From the NCBI GenBank assembly GCA_965207065.1, contig OZ242260.1, positions 3,424,001 to 3,488,000 of the forward strand: a stretch of DNA of 64,000 bases, written 5' to 3'. The notes beneath the pieces were generated by a model that saw only the letters and a list, made by a program, of their open reading frames with translations, was not told the origin of the DNA and made no database searches. Of this stretch, positions 10,092 through 19,679 are shown piece after piece. Numbering within the stretch: the stretch's first letter is position 1; each line of letters opens with the position of its first letter. Source of the DNA: a bacterium (lineage in GTDB: Bacteria; UBA8248). A program made the position numbers and the translations under genes.

Positions 10092-10871
10092 GTGGTCGCC
10101 ATCTTGATTGCCTGCTATCTCGTGGCTGCGCTGACGCACCTGTACCTGCTCTGCACGGGCAGGTCTACAGGGGTTGTCTACGGGATCGGTGCGCTGCTCG
10201 TGGGATTTGCGCTTCACACCCTCATGCTCGGGGTGAGTTTCGCCTCCGGCACACCCGAGGGATGGAGCGCGTGGCTGAGCGGCATGGCGTGGATAATCAT
10301 CCTGATGTACCTGATCGTCTTTGCGCGCTACCGGGACATCGCCCTGGGTGGTTTCGCCGTGCCTGCGGCTTTCATTCTCGAGGGATACGCAGCCGCTTTC
10401 CCCGGCGTGTGGGGCGCAGGCTCGATCGCCGTGCAGGGCTATCTGCTCAAGGGCCACGCCGTGCTCGCGCTGCTGAGCTGGGCCGCGTTCTTTCTGCTCT
10501 TCGCCTCGGCGCTGATGTATCTCGTGCAATCCCAGCAACTAAAATCCCGAAGACCCAGCGCCTGGCTGCATCGCCTGCCCTCGCTCGATATTCTGGACGA
10601 CCTGAACCACAAGATTCTCTACTTCGGTTTCGCGTTCCTCACGGCGAGCCTGCTGCTCGGCTCGATGTGGGCGAAATCGCGCCACGGCGCCTACTGGAGC
10701 CTCGACCCGGTGCGGACCTGGCCGCTGATACTCATCTGGGGCGCGTACGGCCTCCTGCTCATCTGTCGCCTCACGAGAAGCTGGAAGGGAAAGCGCTCCG
10801 CCGTTTTCTCGATGGTGGCCTTCTTCGCCGCGCTCCTCGCGCTGGTCGTCCATTTCCAGGGAGCGGGCTAG
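10092..10871 (+). CDS. Cytochrome c assembly protein (CcsA/HemX-like)
   Basis: Multi-TM protein with LPSLDILD and GSMWA...YWSLDP motifs; heads the hem operon. Confidence 0.8.
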   Translation: MVAILIACYLVAALTHLYLLCTGRSTGVVYGIGALLVGFALHTLMLGVSFASGTPEGWSAWLSGMAWIIILMYLIVFARYRDIALGGFAVPAAFILEGYAAAFPGVWGAGSIAVQGYLLKGHAVLALLSWAAFFLLFASALMYLVQSQQLKSRRPSAWLHRLPSLDILDDLNHKILYFGFAFLTASLLLGSMWAKSRHGAYWSLDPVRTWPLILIWGAYGLLLICRLTRSWKGKRSAVFSMVAFFAALLALVVHFQGAG

Positions 10872-10874
10872 AAG

Positions 10875-12185
10875 ATGTCTATCATTCTCGCAGGCGTGAG
10901 CCACCACAACACGCCGCTCAGCATACGCGAGCGCCTCTATTTCCCGGAAGGGGATATGGGCAAGTGGCTCGACCGGCTGGCGGACTATCGCGGCTTGGAT
11001 GAACGGCTCATCCTCTCGACATGCAACCGGGTGGAAGTCTACACCGCGGCCGAGGATTACGAGCAGGGCCTCGATGCGATTCAGCGTTTTTTCCTGGAAT
11101 CGCGTGACATCGGCGCAGATGAACTGAACGCACACCTCTACGTTCACCGAGAGGACGAAGCCACCCGGCATCTGTTCACCGTGGCGTCGAGCCTCGATTC
11201 CATGGTGGTGGGCGAGCCGCAGATTCTGGGGCAGGTAAAAGAGGCTTACCGGGTTGCTCAGTCCTCAGGCCACGCCGGAAAGGCGCTTACGAACCTCTTC
11301 TCCCGCGCGTTTCGCGTGGCAAAGAAAATCCGCGAGCAAACGCCGATAGGCGAGTCGCCCGTGTCGGTGAGTTCCGTGGCCGTGGATCTGGCGAGAAGAA
11401 TTTTCGGCTCTCTCTCAGGCAAGAACGTGCTCTTGCTGGGCGCGGGCGAGATGGGCGAAGCGGCGGCGAGGCATCTCAAAACGAGCGGGGCCGACACCCT
11501 TCACGTGGCGAACAGGACGTTCGCGCGCGCCCAGGAGTTGGCCTCCAAACTCGGGGGACTTGCGTTAAGTTTCGACAAACTGGAGCAGGCGCTCATCAAC
11601 GCCGACGTCGTCATCGCCTCGACGGCTTCGCAGGGCTTCGTTCTGGACAAACCGACCGTGGCCGCCGCATTGGAGCAACGCCGCGACGCGCCGGTTTTCC
11701 TCATCGACATCGCAGTACCCAGAAACATTGCGCCCGACGTGAACGACCTCGAAGACGCATATCTCTATGACGTGGACGATCTCCAGTCTGTAGCGGCGGA
11801 CAACCTCCGGGGCCGCGAGGAAATTGCCCGCGACGCGCGCGTGATCCTGGAAACAGAAGTGGAGACCTATCTCGCCCGCCAGCAGGCGGAGGAACTCAGG
11901 CATACCTTTGCGGCCATACGCTTCTTCGCGGAATCGATGCGCCAGGAGGAAGTCGAGAAAACTGTTCAAAGACTGCCCGAACTCGGCGATGGCGGTCGCG
12001 AGGCGCTCAACGCCATGACGAAAGCGCTGGTCAACAAACTCCTCCACCATCCCTTCGCCGTACTTCGCCAGATGTCGGAAAAAGACGTGGAGGGGATTTC
12101 GGTCGAATCCGTCCAGAAGCTCTTCGGCGTGGAACCCGAGGGCGATCAAGGTCCGCCTGCCCCCCCGCCGGACGAATCGGACTGA
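10875..12185 (+). CDS. hemA: Glutamyl-tRNA reductase
   Basis: STCNRVE, SLDSMVVGEPQILGQVK, GAGEMG, DIAVPRNI. Confidence 0.97.
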   Translation: MSIILAGVSHHNTPLSIRERLYFPEGDMGKWLDRLADYRGLDERLILSTCNRVEVYTAAEDYEQGLDAIQRFFLESRDIGADELNAHLYVHREDEATRHLFTVASSLDSMVVGEPQILGQVKEAYRVAQSSGHAGKALTNLFSRAFRVAKKIREQTPIGESPVSVSSVAVDLARRIFGSLSGKNVLLLGAGEMGEAAARHLKTSGADTLHVANRTFARAQELASKLGGLALSFDKLEQALINADVVIASTASQGFVLDKPTVAAALEQRRDAPVFLIDIAVPRNIAPDVNDLEDAYLYDVDDLQSVAADNLRGREEIARDARVILETEVETYLARQQAEELRHTFAAIRFFAESMRQEEVEKTVQRLPELGDGGREALNAMTKALVNKLLHHPFAVLRQMSEKDVEGISVESVQKLFGVEPEGDQGPPAPPPDESD

Positions 12186-12188
12186 GCA

Positions 12189-13109
12189 ATGAATGACACC
12201 CTGCGCCTCGGCACCCGGGGCAGCGCGCTGGCGCGCGCGCAGACGGCTCTGGTGGCCGCACAGTTGAAGGAACTGAATCCGGGCCTCGTTGTGGAAGAAG
12301 TGATCGTCCGCACGAGAGGAGACGCCATGCTCGGCTCCCCCATTCATGAGCTGGGCGGCAAGGGTCTTTTCGTAAAAGAGATCGAAGACGCTCTTCTTCA
12401 AGGCGAAATCGACGCCGCCGTACACAGCCTGAAAGACCTTCCGAGCGAACTGCCTGTGGGTCTCATCCTCGCCTCGATTCCCGAACGGGAAGAACCCTGG
12501 GACGCCCTGGTCTCGCGGGGCGGAGAATCGGTGCGGGGTCTGGCGCCGGGCAGCAGAGTCGGCACGAGCAGTTTAAGGAGAATCGCGCAGATCAGGCGAT
12601 ACCGGCGCGATCTGGAAATCGTGGAACTACGCGGAAACGTGGATACAAGGCTTGAAAAAGTGGCGGCGGGCGATGTGGATGCCGCGGTTCTCGCGCTGGC
12701 GGGGCTCAAGCGTCTGGGACTCGAGGAGCGGGCAACCGAGTCGCTCGCGCCCGAACTCATGCTGCCCGCTGCTGGGCAGGGCGCGCTCGCCATCGAGACG
12801 AGGGAGGGTGATGTAGCCACGCGCCGCCTCGTTGAGGGGCTGGAGCACACGGAGACAAAACGGGCCGTGATGGCAGAGCGCGTCGTGATGGCGCGCCTGG
12901 AGGGCGGCTGCCAGTTACCTCTCGCCGTCTTCGCGGAGAACCGAAAAAGCGGGTTTTGTATCAAAGCCCGCCTGGCGAGCGTCGACGGGGAGCGCATGGT
13001 GGAAAATGAACGAACGGGCGCATCCGATGACGCTAGGAGAATGGCGGATGAGGTGGCCGAGGACGTTCTCGCCCATGGCGGCGCGGAGATTCTGAGGGAT
13101 GCGCGATGA
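12189..13109 (+). CDS. hemC: Hydroxymethylbilane synthase
   Basis: GTRGSALA, GKGLFVKE, AVHSLKD, GTSSLRR, LEGGC. Confidence 0.97.
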   Translation: MNDTLRLGTRGSALARAQTALVAAQLKELNPGLVVEEVIVRTRGDAMLGSPIHELGGKGLFVKEIEDALLQGEIDAAVHSLKDLPSELPVGLILASIPEREEPWDALVSRGGESVRGLAPGSRVGTSSLRRIAQIRRYRRDLEIVELRGNVDTRLEKVAAGDVDAAVLALAGLKRLGLEERATESLAPELMLPAAGQGALAIETREGDVATRRLVEGLEHTETKRAVMAERVVMARLEGGCQLPLAVFAENRKSGFCIKARLASVDGERMVENERTGASDDARRMADEVAEDVLAHGGAEILRDAR

Positions 13110-13966
13110 GCGCCGCCGAAAACGAGGACCTGGCCGCACTGCCCCTCGCGGGCAAGACAATCCTCGTAACGCGCCCCGAAGAGGGGGCTTCGCGCATGGG
13201 CGAGATGCTGGCGGATTCTGGGGCCTGCGTACGCGTCGCGCCGATGATACGGATCACGGAGCCTGAGGGTTGGGTTGCGGTCGATGCGGCGGTTCGCGAG
13301 TTGGACAAGTATCAGTGGATGATCTTCACGAGTGCGAACGGGCCGAAATATCTGGCGAAAAGATTTATCGCTCTCGGCGTCGCTCCCGAGGTGGTCCCAG
13401 CGGACACATCGATTCTGACCATCGGGCCTGCCACGGCCGCAGCGGTGAAGAAACATCTGGGAAGGACGCCCGATAAGGTAGCCGAAAAGTACATGGCGGA
13501 AGGCGTCGTCGATCTCTTCAAAGGCGAGGATATGGCCGGGAAGCGCGTCTTGCTGGCCCGGGCGAAAGAGGGGAGAGACGCCATCCCAAAAACACTCACG
13601 GAAATGGGGGCTATTGTGGATGACGTGGCCGTCTACCGGACGACGCCCCTGGGTCGCGAAGCGCTGCGCGAGGTATGGGGTGAGCTTGAAGGCGGAAAAA
13701 TTGATATGCTTACGTTCACGAGTTCCTCAGCGCTCGATGGCTTCATGAGGGCGGCGGGGGAGGAGACGGCGAAAGGATGGATGTCGCGCGCGCGCGTTGC
13801 CTCCATCGGACCTGTGACCACCGCCACGGCGCGCCAGTGGGGGGTCGAGCCGGACGTGGAGGCCGCCGATTCGACGATTCCCGGCATGACGCGAGCCATC
13901 GTCTGTTATTACCGGGAACTGGAGACGGCGAACGATACGCCGAAAATGGAGGATGAAATTGCATGA
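13106..13966 (+). CDS. hemD: Uroporphyrinogen-III synthase
   Basis: LVTRP, FTSANG, IGPATA, VYRT, FTSSS, SIGPVT. Confidence 0.93.
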   Translation: MSAAENEDLAALPLAGKTILVTRPEEGASRMGEMLADSGACVRVAPMIRITEPEGWVAVDAAVRELDKYQWMIFTSANGPKYLAKRFIALGVAPEVVPADTSILTIGPATAAAVKKHLGRTPDKVAEKYMAEGVVDLFKGEDMAGKRVLLARAKEGRDAIPKTLTEMGAIVDDVAVYRTTPLGREALREVWGELEGGKIDMLTFTSSSALDGFMRAAGEETAKGWMSRARVASIGPVTTATARQWGVEPDVEAADSTIPGMTRAIVCYYRELETANDTPKMEDEIA

Positions 13967-15000
13967 TGCCTGACGACAATCTGATTCTTTCGGCCCTCGG
14001 GGACGTGGTAACAAACCGGACGAGACGCACGCGGGAGACGGCCGCCATGCGGCGCATGGTGCGCGAGACGAGACTTTCCGCCGATAACCTCATCTATCCG
14101 ATGTTCGTGGTCGAGGGCGAGGACATCAAACAGGAAATTTCCTCCATGCCCGGCCAGTACCAGCTCTCCGTCGACAGGCTGGTGGCCGATTGTGAGGAAA
14201 TCGCCGCTCTCGACATCCCCGGCGTCATTCTGTTCGGCATTCCGGAGCACAAGGACGACATCGCGAGTGGGGCTTATGCGGAAGAAGGCATAATCCAGAA
14301 CGCGGTGCGCGCGCTCAAGGAGGCATACCCCGACTTGTGTGTCATCACGGACGTTTGTCTTTGCGAGTACATGGACCACGGCCATTGCGGGGTCATCGAG
14401 GGCGAGAAGGTGCTGAACGACCCGACGCTCGAACTCCTCGACCAGACGGCGATGAGCCACGCGGAGGCGGGAGCGGACATCATTGCGCCGTCTGACATGA
14501 TGGACGGGCGGGTCGGTTCGATACGCGCGGCGCTGGACGCAAGCGGATTCGCCCAGACGCCCATCATGGCCTATTCGTCTAAATTCGCTAGCGCCTTCTA
14601 CGGGCCCTTCCGCGAGGCGGCGGAGAGCGCGCCCGCCTTCGGCGACAGGAGTTCCTACCAGATGGACCCGGCGAATGCGCGTGAGGCCATGCGCGAGATA
14701 GCTTTCGACATCGAGGAGGGGGCGGACATCGTGATGGTGAAGCCGGCACTCGTGTATCTCGACGTCATCGCCAGGGCGCGCGAGATAACGGACCTGCCCG
14801 TCGCGGCTTATAACGTCTCGGGTGAATTCGCCATGCTGGCGGCGGCGTGCCGCAACGGTTGGCTGGACCCCGAGCGCGCGTTCATGGAAACCCTCACCTC
14901 GATCCGCCGCGCGGGGGCGGACATCATCCTCACCTACTTCGCCAAAGACGCCGCCAGAAGACTCCGGGGGGACAAGGCGACACCGCTTTCGTGGATGTAG
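13963..15000 (+). CDS. hemB: Porphobilinogen synthase
   Basis: [36 protein letters not shown]. Confidence 0.97.
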   Translation: MMPDDNLILSALGDVVTNRTRRTRETAAMRRMVRETRLSADNLIYPMFVVEGEDIKQEISSMPGQYQLSVDRLVADCEEIAALDIPGVILFGIPEHKDDIASGAYAEEGIIQNAVRALKEAYPDLCVITDVCLCEYMDHGHCGVIEGEKVLNDPTLELLDQTAMSHAEAGADIIAPSDMMDGRVGSIRAALDASGFAQTPIMAYSSKFASAFYGPFREAAESAPAFGDRSSYQMDPANAREAMREIAFDIEEGADIVMVKPALVYLDVIARAREITDLPVAAYNVSGEFAMLAAACRNGWLDPERAFMETLTSIRRAGADIILTYFAKDAARRLRGDKATPLSWM

Positions 15001-15023
15001 GGGGTTTCCGAGAAGTCGAGAAT

Positions 15024-15052
15024 TTGACAAGCCGTGCGATGGAGTATATCTT
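15024..15052 (+). promoter_or_regulatory. Sigma70-type promoter for the two-gene module
   Basis: TTGACA-17 nt-TATCTT. Confidence 0.55.
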
Positions 15053-15160
15053 TGATATTTGAACGAATGGTTCAATAGATATATCAAAACTTATGAGTGG
15101 ATGCTGGACTGTTGCATTCCGCCTTGGCGTGCTCGCTTCACAGACAGAAATGGTGACGCA

Positions 15161-15364
15161 ATGGGCAAGAAAAAGAAAAATACGGAACAAAAAGTGATTG
15201 TGTACCGCTCGGGGATTTTGAATCACGCTGACGCGGATAGATTCGATAAGGCGTGTGAGAGATACCTCAAGAAAGTCACGAAATCCAAAAAAACCGCGAG
15301 GGAGGCTCTTGTCAGGTTGGGGACCCACACGCCCACCGGACGAATCGCAAAACGATACAGGTAG
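15161..15364 (+). CDS. Small basic protein (67 aa), candidate antitoxin/partner
   Basis: ATG at 15161; stop 3 nt before the next gene; Lys/Arg-rich. Confidence 0.65.
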   Translation: MGKKKKNTEQKVIVYRSGILNHADADRFDKACERYLKKVTKSKKTAREALVRLGTHTPTGRIAKRYR

Positions 15365-15367
15365 AAA

Positions 15368-15955
15368 TTGCACCGTCTGGCGACGACTTTCGTACTCGGG
15401 TATCACGGGTGCGACGAGTCCGTGGCCGAATGGCTTCTCGGCGGAGAACCATTTCAAAAAAGCAAGAACGATTATGACTGGCTCGGTCCCGGAATCTATT
15501 TCTGGGAAGCCAACCCGCTCCGTGGTCTTGAATACGCGACTGACCTGCAGAGCACTACCTGGGGTTCCGATATCACGACTCCTGCAGTTGTTGGTGCGAT
15601 TATCGATCTAGGGCACTGTCTTGATCTGATGAACTCGGCTGGTATCAGGCAAATTCAGGCCGCATACGTAACATACATTGCAAATTGCGAAGCTGCCGGG
15701 TATGAACCCTTAAAAAACTCACCGGATGTACACCACCTTCAGCGACCGTTAGATTGCGCGGTATTTGCGCAGTTGCATGCAATTCGAAAAGACAACATGG
15801 AACAACCTATAGACACCGTGCGCGGGGTCTTTGAGGAAGGCGAGCCGGTATATGAGGGAGCTGGTTTCCGGGCGAAATCCCATATCCAGATTTGCGTCTG
15901 CAACACCTCCTGCATCAAGGGCGTGTTCCGGGTGCCGCAAGAGCAACTGATTTAG
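15368..15955 (+). CDS. Putative ADP-ribosyltransferase-fold protein (candidate toxin)
   Basis: GYHG, WLGPGIYFWE and late HIQICV strand resemble the H-Y motifs of the PARP/diphtheria-toxin ART clade. Confidence 0.6.
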   Translation: MHRLATTFVLGYHGCDESVAEWLLGGEPFQKSKNDYDWLGPGIYFWEANPLRGLEYATDLQSTTWGSDITTPAVVGAIIDLGHCLDLMNSAGIRQIQAAYVTYIANCEAAGYEPLKNSPDVHHLQRPLDCAVFAQLHAIRKDNMEQPIDTVRGVFEEGEPVYEGAGFRAKSHIQICVCNTSCIKGVFRVPQEQLI

Positions 15956-16034
15956 CGGAGACATTTCCTCCATACCAGGAGCTGTTGAAAAAGCTCTGCA
16001 AAGGGGTAGTTGGTCCTCGTATCGAGAGTGCTCA

Positions 16035-16064
16035 TCGTCATTCCGGCGAAAGCCGGAATGACGA
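16035..16064. repeat. REP-like perfect palindrome
   Basis: TCGTCATTCCGGC-GAAA-GCCGGAATGACGA, 13-bp stem. Confidence 0.8.
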
Positions 16065-16141
16065 GCAAAACCGTGCCATTTCGCAGTTGGCCGTTCTTGT
16101 GAAAGGGCTAAGGTCGCAGCCCGATAGACAATCCTTGGAAA

Positions 16142-16223
16142 TGTAGGGACAACCCCTCCTCGGGGTTGTCCTGCCCCCTGTGGTCGTCCCTCCTCAGGAC
16201 AGGCACGGGGGCCTGTCCCTACA
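16142..16223. repeat. GTAG-type REP doublet (REPIN-like)
   Basis: TGTAGGGACA...TGTCCCTACA ends, each with its own internal hairpin. Confidence 0.7.
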
Positions 16224-16344
16224 AAACCTCAACTTGCAGGGATACCATGCGGACTTTTTCAACAACCCTCACAAGGGGGAGTGATGTCTACTCTCTCCCC
16301 GGTTGGCTCGATAGGATGAATTGCAATTTAGGTTTTTATTAACA

Positions 16345-16407
16345 ACCGATATCACGGCCTCTGTGATTGTCGGGGCGATCATCGACTTGGGATTTTGTCT
16401 TGATTCG
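16345..16407 (+). pseudogene. 21-codon relic of a homologue of the ART-like gene
   Basis: TDITASVIVGAIIDLGFCLDS aligns with SDITTPAVVGAIIDLGHCLDL (15566-15628). Confidence 0.7.
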
Positions 16408-16656
16408 ACTCTCCATTACTCCTTCTTTCGTCTCTCCTTGAAGCATAAAAAACTTGTAACCACACAGCATGATTTACTTGCAAGTGCACTGATGAAACGT
16501 GATAGCCCCCATCTGGAGGTGTCATGTTCATCTCACCGCCCCAAACCCCTTCCCCCTTGCGCATCGCTTCGCCTTGGCGTTATGGTGAGAACATAAAATG
16601 GCAGGATAAAAATGGAAAAATTTTCCTTACAACGCTGAATCAGGAGGAATCGGGGA

Positions 16657-17847
16657 ATGTCGGATAAGGATATCGTTTTTCTGGGCGGAGCGCGGACGCC
16701 CTTCGGCGCGTTTCTGGGCACCTTGAAGGAGAAGTCGGCCACCGAGCTGGGCGCGCTGGCGGCGAAAGAGGCGATGACGCGCTCGGGCGTGACGCCCGAG
16801 GACATCGACCACACCGTGGTGGGCAACGTCATCCAGTCGAACTCGGACGGCGTCTACATCGGCAGGCACGTGGCCCTTGCGGCGGGCGTTCCGCTGGAGC
16901 GGCCCGGCTATTGCGTGAACCGCATGTGCGCCTCGGGCTTCCAGGCCGTGGTGAGCGGCGCCAAGGAAATTATGACCGAAGACGCCGACGTGGTGCTCGC
17001 CGTGGGGGCGGAGAACATGAGCCTCACGCCGCACGTCATCAGAAACTCGAGAACCGGCATGAAGCTCTTCCAGGCCCCGATGGAGGACGGCCTCTACACG
17101 GCGCTCACCGACACGATGGCGAACGTGCCGATGGGCATCACGGCGGAGAATCTGGCCGATAAATACGACCTGCACCGGGAAGGAGTGGATGAGTTCGCAG
17201 CCCTAAGCCAAGCGCGCGCGCACGACGCGTGGGAGAGCGGACGGCTGGCGGAGGAATGCTTCGCGGTCGAGGTGAAAGAGCGCAGAAAGACCATCACGTT
17301 CGACCGCGACGAGCATCCCCGGGCGGATTCGAACGAGGAATCGCTCGCGCGGCTCAGGCCCGCGTTCAAGGAAGACGGCGTGGTGACGGCGGGCAACGCG
17401 AGCGGCATCAACGACGGGGCGGCGGCGCTGGTCATATCTTCGAGAGCGGCGGCCGAACGCCTTGATCGTAAACCCATCGGAAAACTCGTCTCCTGGGGCG
17501 TTTCAGGCTGTGATCCGAAGATCATGGGCATCGGCCCTGCGGAGAGCAGCCGCATCGCACTCAAAAAGGCGGGACTCCAGCTCGACGACATGGACTTGAT
17601 CGAGATAAACGAGGCTTTCTCGGCCCAGTATCTGGCGGTGGAAAAGGAATTGGGACTCGACCGCGAGAAGACGAACGTGAACGGCGGCGCCATCGCCATC
17701 GGCCACCCCGTGGGCGCGAGCGGCGCAAGGCTCACCCTCACGATACTGCACGAGCTGAGACGCCGGGGCGGGAAGTACGGTCTCGCGGGCGCGTGCATCG
17801 GTGGCGGCATGGGTCTTTCGGTGATCGTAGAGGCGTATGGGGAGTAG
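16657..17847 (+). CDS. Acetyl-CoA C-acyltransferase (thiolase)
   Basis: NRMCASG, TAGNASGINDG, NEAF, GHPVGASG, CIGGG. Confidence 0.95.
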   Translation: MSDKDIVFLGGARTPFGAFLGTLKEKSATELGALAAKEAMTRSGVTPEDIDHTVVGNVIQSNSDGVYIGRHVALAAGVPLERPGYCVNRMCASGFQAVVSGAKEIMTEDADVVLAVGAENMSLTPHVIRNSRTGMKLFQAPMEDGLYTALTDTMANVPMGITAENLADKYDLHREGVDEFAALSQARAHDAWESGRLAEECFAVEVKERRKTITFDRDEHPRADSNEESLARLRPAFKEDGVVTAGNASGINDGAAALVISSRAAAERLDRKPIGKLVSWGVSGCDPKIMGIGPAESSRIALKKAGLQLDDMDLIEINEAFSAQYLAVEKELGLDREKTNVNGGAIAIGHPVGASGARLTLTILHELRRRGGKYGLAGACIGGGMGLSVIVEAYGE

Positions 17848-18064
17848 AGTTGCCCGACACGGATCGTTACAGCGCGCGGCGGAAATGGACAGCAGAGTTT
17901 CAGGGGAGGAAAACGCCGGTTTGGTCCGAGTCGTTGCAGTTGCAACGGGTAGTGTTTTAAGGCGGATCAATTCAGTAAATATCGATAAAATCAGGTAAAT
18001 TCACGAGGGTTTTCCGAAAATTGCATATGCTCTCACTGGACTCAAGAGATAAGGCGGTAAGATA

Positions 18065-18847
18065 TTGAATTATAATAACTTGATATACGAAACGGACGGC
18101 CCGGTAGCCACGTGCACGTTCAATCGACCCAAGGCGTTAAATGCTTTGAATACAGAGACGTTGGATGAGCTTGCTCACCTGGTATCTTCTTTCAGTGGAG
18201 ATAACGATCTGAAAGTATTGATATTAACGGGTTCGGGCGATCGGGCATTCATCGCCGGCGCGGACATCAAAGGCATGGTGGGGCGCACGCCCCTCAGCGC
18301 GCGGTGGTTCTCGGAGCATGGAACGAAAATCCTGAGATCGCTCGAAACCATTGGAAAACCAACGATTGCGGCGGTGAACGGATACGCGCTTGGCGGCGGC
18401 TGCGAGGTGGCGATGGCGTGCTCGATCCGGATCGCGTCGCCGAACGCGCTCTTCGGACAGCCGGAGATCAACCTGGGCATCATTCCCGGCTACGGCGGCA
18501 CCCAGCGCCTCCCCCGCCTCGTCGGCACGGGCCGCGCGCTGGAAATCCTCATGACGGGCGACCCGGTAAATGCCGAAGAAGCCCACCGTATCGGTCTGGT
18601 GAACAAGGTATGCGAGCCAGACGCCCTGATGGATGAGGCGAAAGCCCTGGCGCAGAAACTGGCGTCCAAGAGCAAACCCGCTATCGAGTTGATTTTACAG
18701 GCTGTACACGGCGGCCTGGAGGGTGGCCTCGAGGAGGGTTTGACGCTCGAAACAGAGAAATTCGGTCTGGTGAACAGCACGGAAGATTCACAGGAAGGCC
18801 TAGGCGCGTTCATCGAGAAACGAGCCGCAAAATTCCAGGATCGCTGA
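18065..18847 (+). CDS. Enoyl-CoA hydratase (crotonase)
   Basis: NRPKALNAL, FIAGADI, GGGCE, PEINLG, PGYGGTQRL. Confidence 0.93.
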   Translation: MNYNNLIYETDGPVATCTFNRPKALNALNTETLDELAHLVSSFSGDNDLKVLILTGSGDRAFIAGADIKGMVGRTPLSARWFSEHGTKILRSLETIGKPTIAAVNGYALGGGCEVAMACSIRIASPNALFGQPEINLGIIPGYGGTQRLPRLVGTGRALEILMTGDPVNAEEAHRIGLVNKVCEPDALMDEAKALAQKLASKSKPAIELILQAVHGGLEGGLEEGLTLETEKFGLVNSTEDSQEGLGAFIEKRAAKFQDR

Positions 18848-19329
18848 TGCCCGGCTCCAAGGCTGATTCCAGGAAACGAAGCAAGTCGAAAAATGGCAAC
18901 GGCAGTCGCCGCATCTGGAAGACGCCCGAGCAGAGACGCCTCGAAAGGGACGCCCCGCAAGTCATTCCGATGTACAAGACGGAAAAAGAACGCCGCCTCG
19001 ATGAAATCCAGAAATGGATGGACGAAAATCTGCCACCCCCCGAAACGCCCGAGTGGGAGGCGCTATGCACCGGTTGCGGGAAGTGTTGTTACGACAAGGT
19101 GTGGGAAGGCGACAGACTGCTCTTGCTGACGAGCGCGTGTCCGCAGCTCGACCACGAGACGAACCGCTGCCGCGTATATGCCGAGCGTTTCGATATTGAG
19201 CCGCTGTGCCTGCCGATCGGGCCTGAAATCATCGAAATGGGGGGGCTTCCCGAGGATTGTCCCTACGTCGAGAATTATCCGGGCTATCGTGGTCCCAAAG
19301 TCGTCGACAAGAGCCTGGACGAGATGTAG
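18847..19329 (+). CDS. YcgN/YkgJ-family cysteine-cluster protein
   Basis: WEALCTGCGKCC...CPQLD...CRVY...LPEDCPY. Confidence 0.8.
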   Translation: MPGSKADSRKRSKSKNGNGSRRIWKTPEQRRLERDAPQVIPMYKTEKERRLDEIQKWMDENLPPPETPEWEALCTGCGKCCYDKVWEGDRLLLLTSACPQLDHETNRCRVYAERFDIEPLCLPIGPEIIEMGGLPEDCPYVENYPGYRGPKVVDKSLDEM

Positions 19330-19679
19330 CGAGCCCCCGATGGCTCGTTGTTTCCAAGACCGCGTACTCTCTACATATCCTGGTTAACTCTATCATTACA
19401 ATGCAAATCCACGCCGTTTCGTGTCTTTCGCGGCGCCTGAAGCTATCCTCTAAGATGCATTCCATGCCATAATCGGCCCTTCATATTCTGCCTGTTGGGA
19501 AATTCCTTGAACCGAACCCTAGCGTCCAATTCCGAATCCTCCCAGGCCATTTTCATCGTCATCGTCGTTCGTTTCTTCGAAAACAGGAAGTGTTTGCGGC
19601 GAATTAGCGAAGATGTGTGCGCATCCCAGGTCTTATGGTGTATGAATGAGAGATAAGTTGCTCATAAAAGGTCGATTTC

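Larger units (their letters stand above)
15977..16269. mobile_element. MITE-like element (about 290 bp) with terminal inverted repeats
   Basis: Left end AGGAGCTGTTGAAAAAGCTCTGCA; right end reverse complement AGGGTTGTTGAAAAAGTCCGCA; no transposase. Confidence 0.6.

Noticed and set aside
15566-16407. Diversity-generating retroelement TR/VR pair
   Set aside because: Differences are not adenine-specific, are mostly synonymous, and no reverse transcriptase is present.
19330-19679. Small ORF or ncRNA in the 350-bp gap
   Set aside because: Only short ORFs with no recognisable motif or SD, and no recognisable RNA structure.
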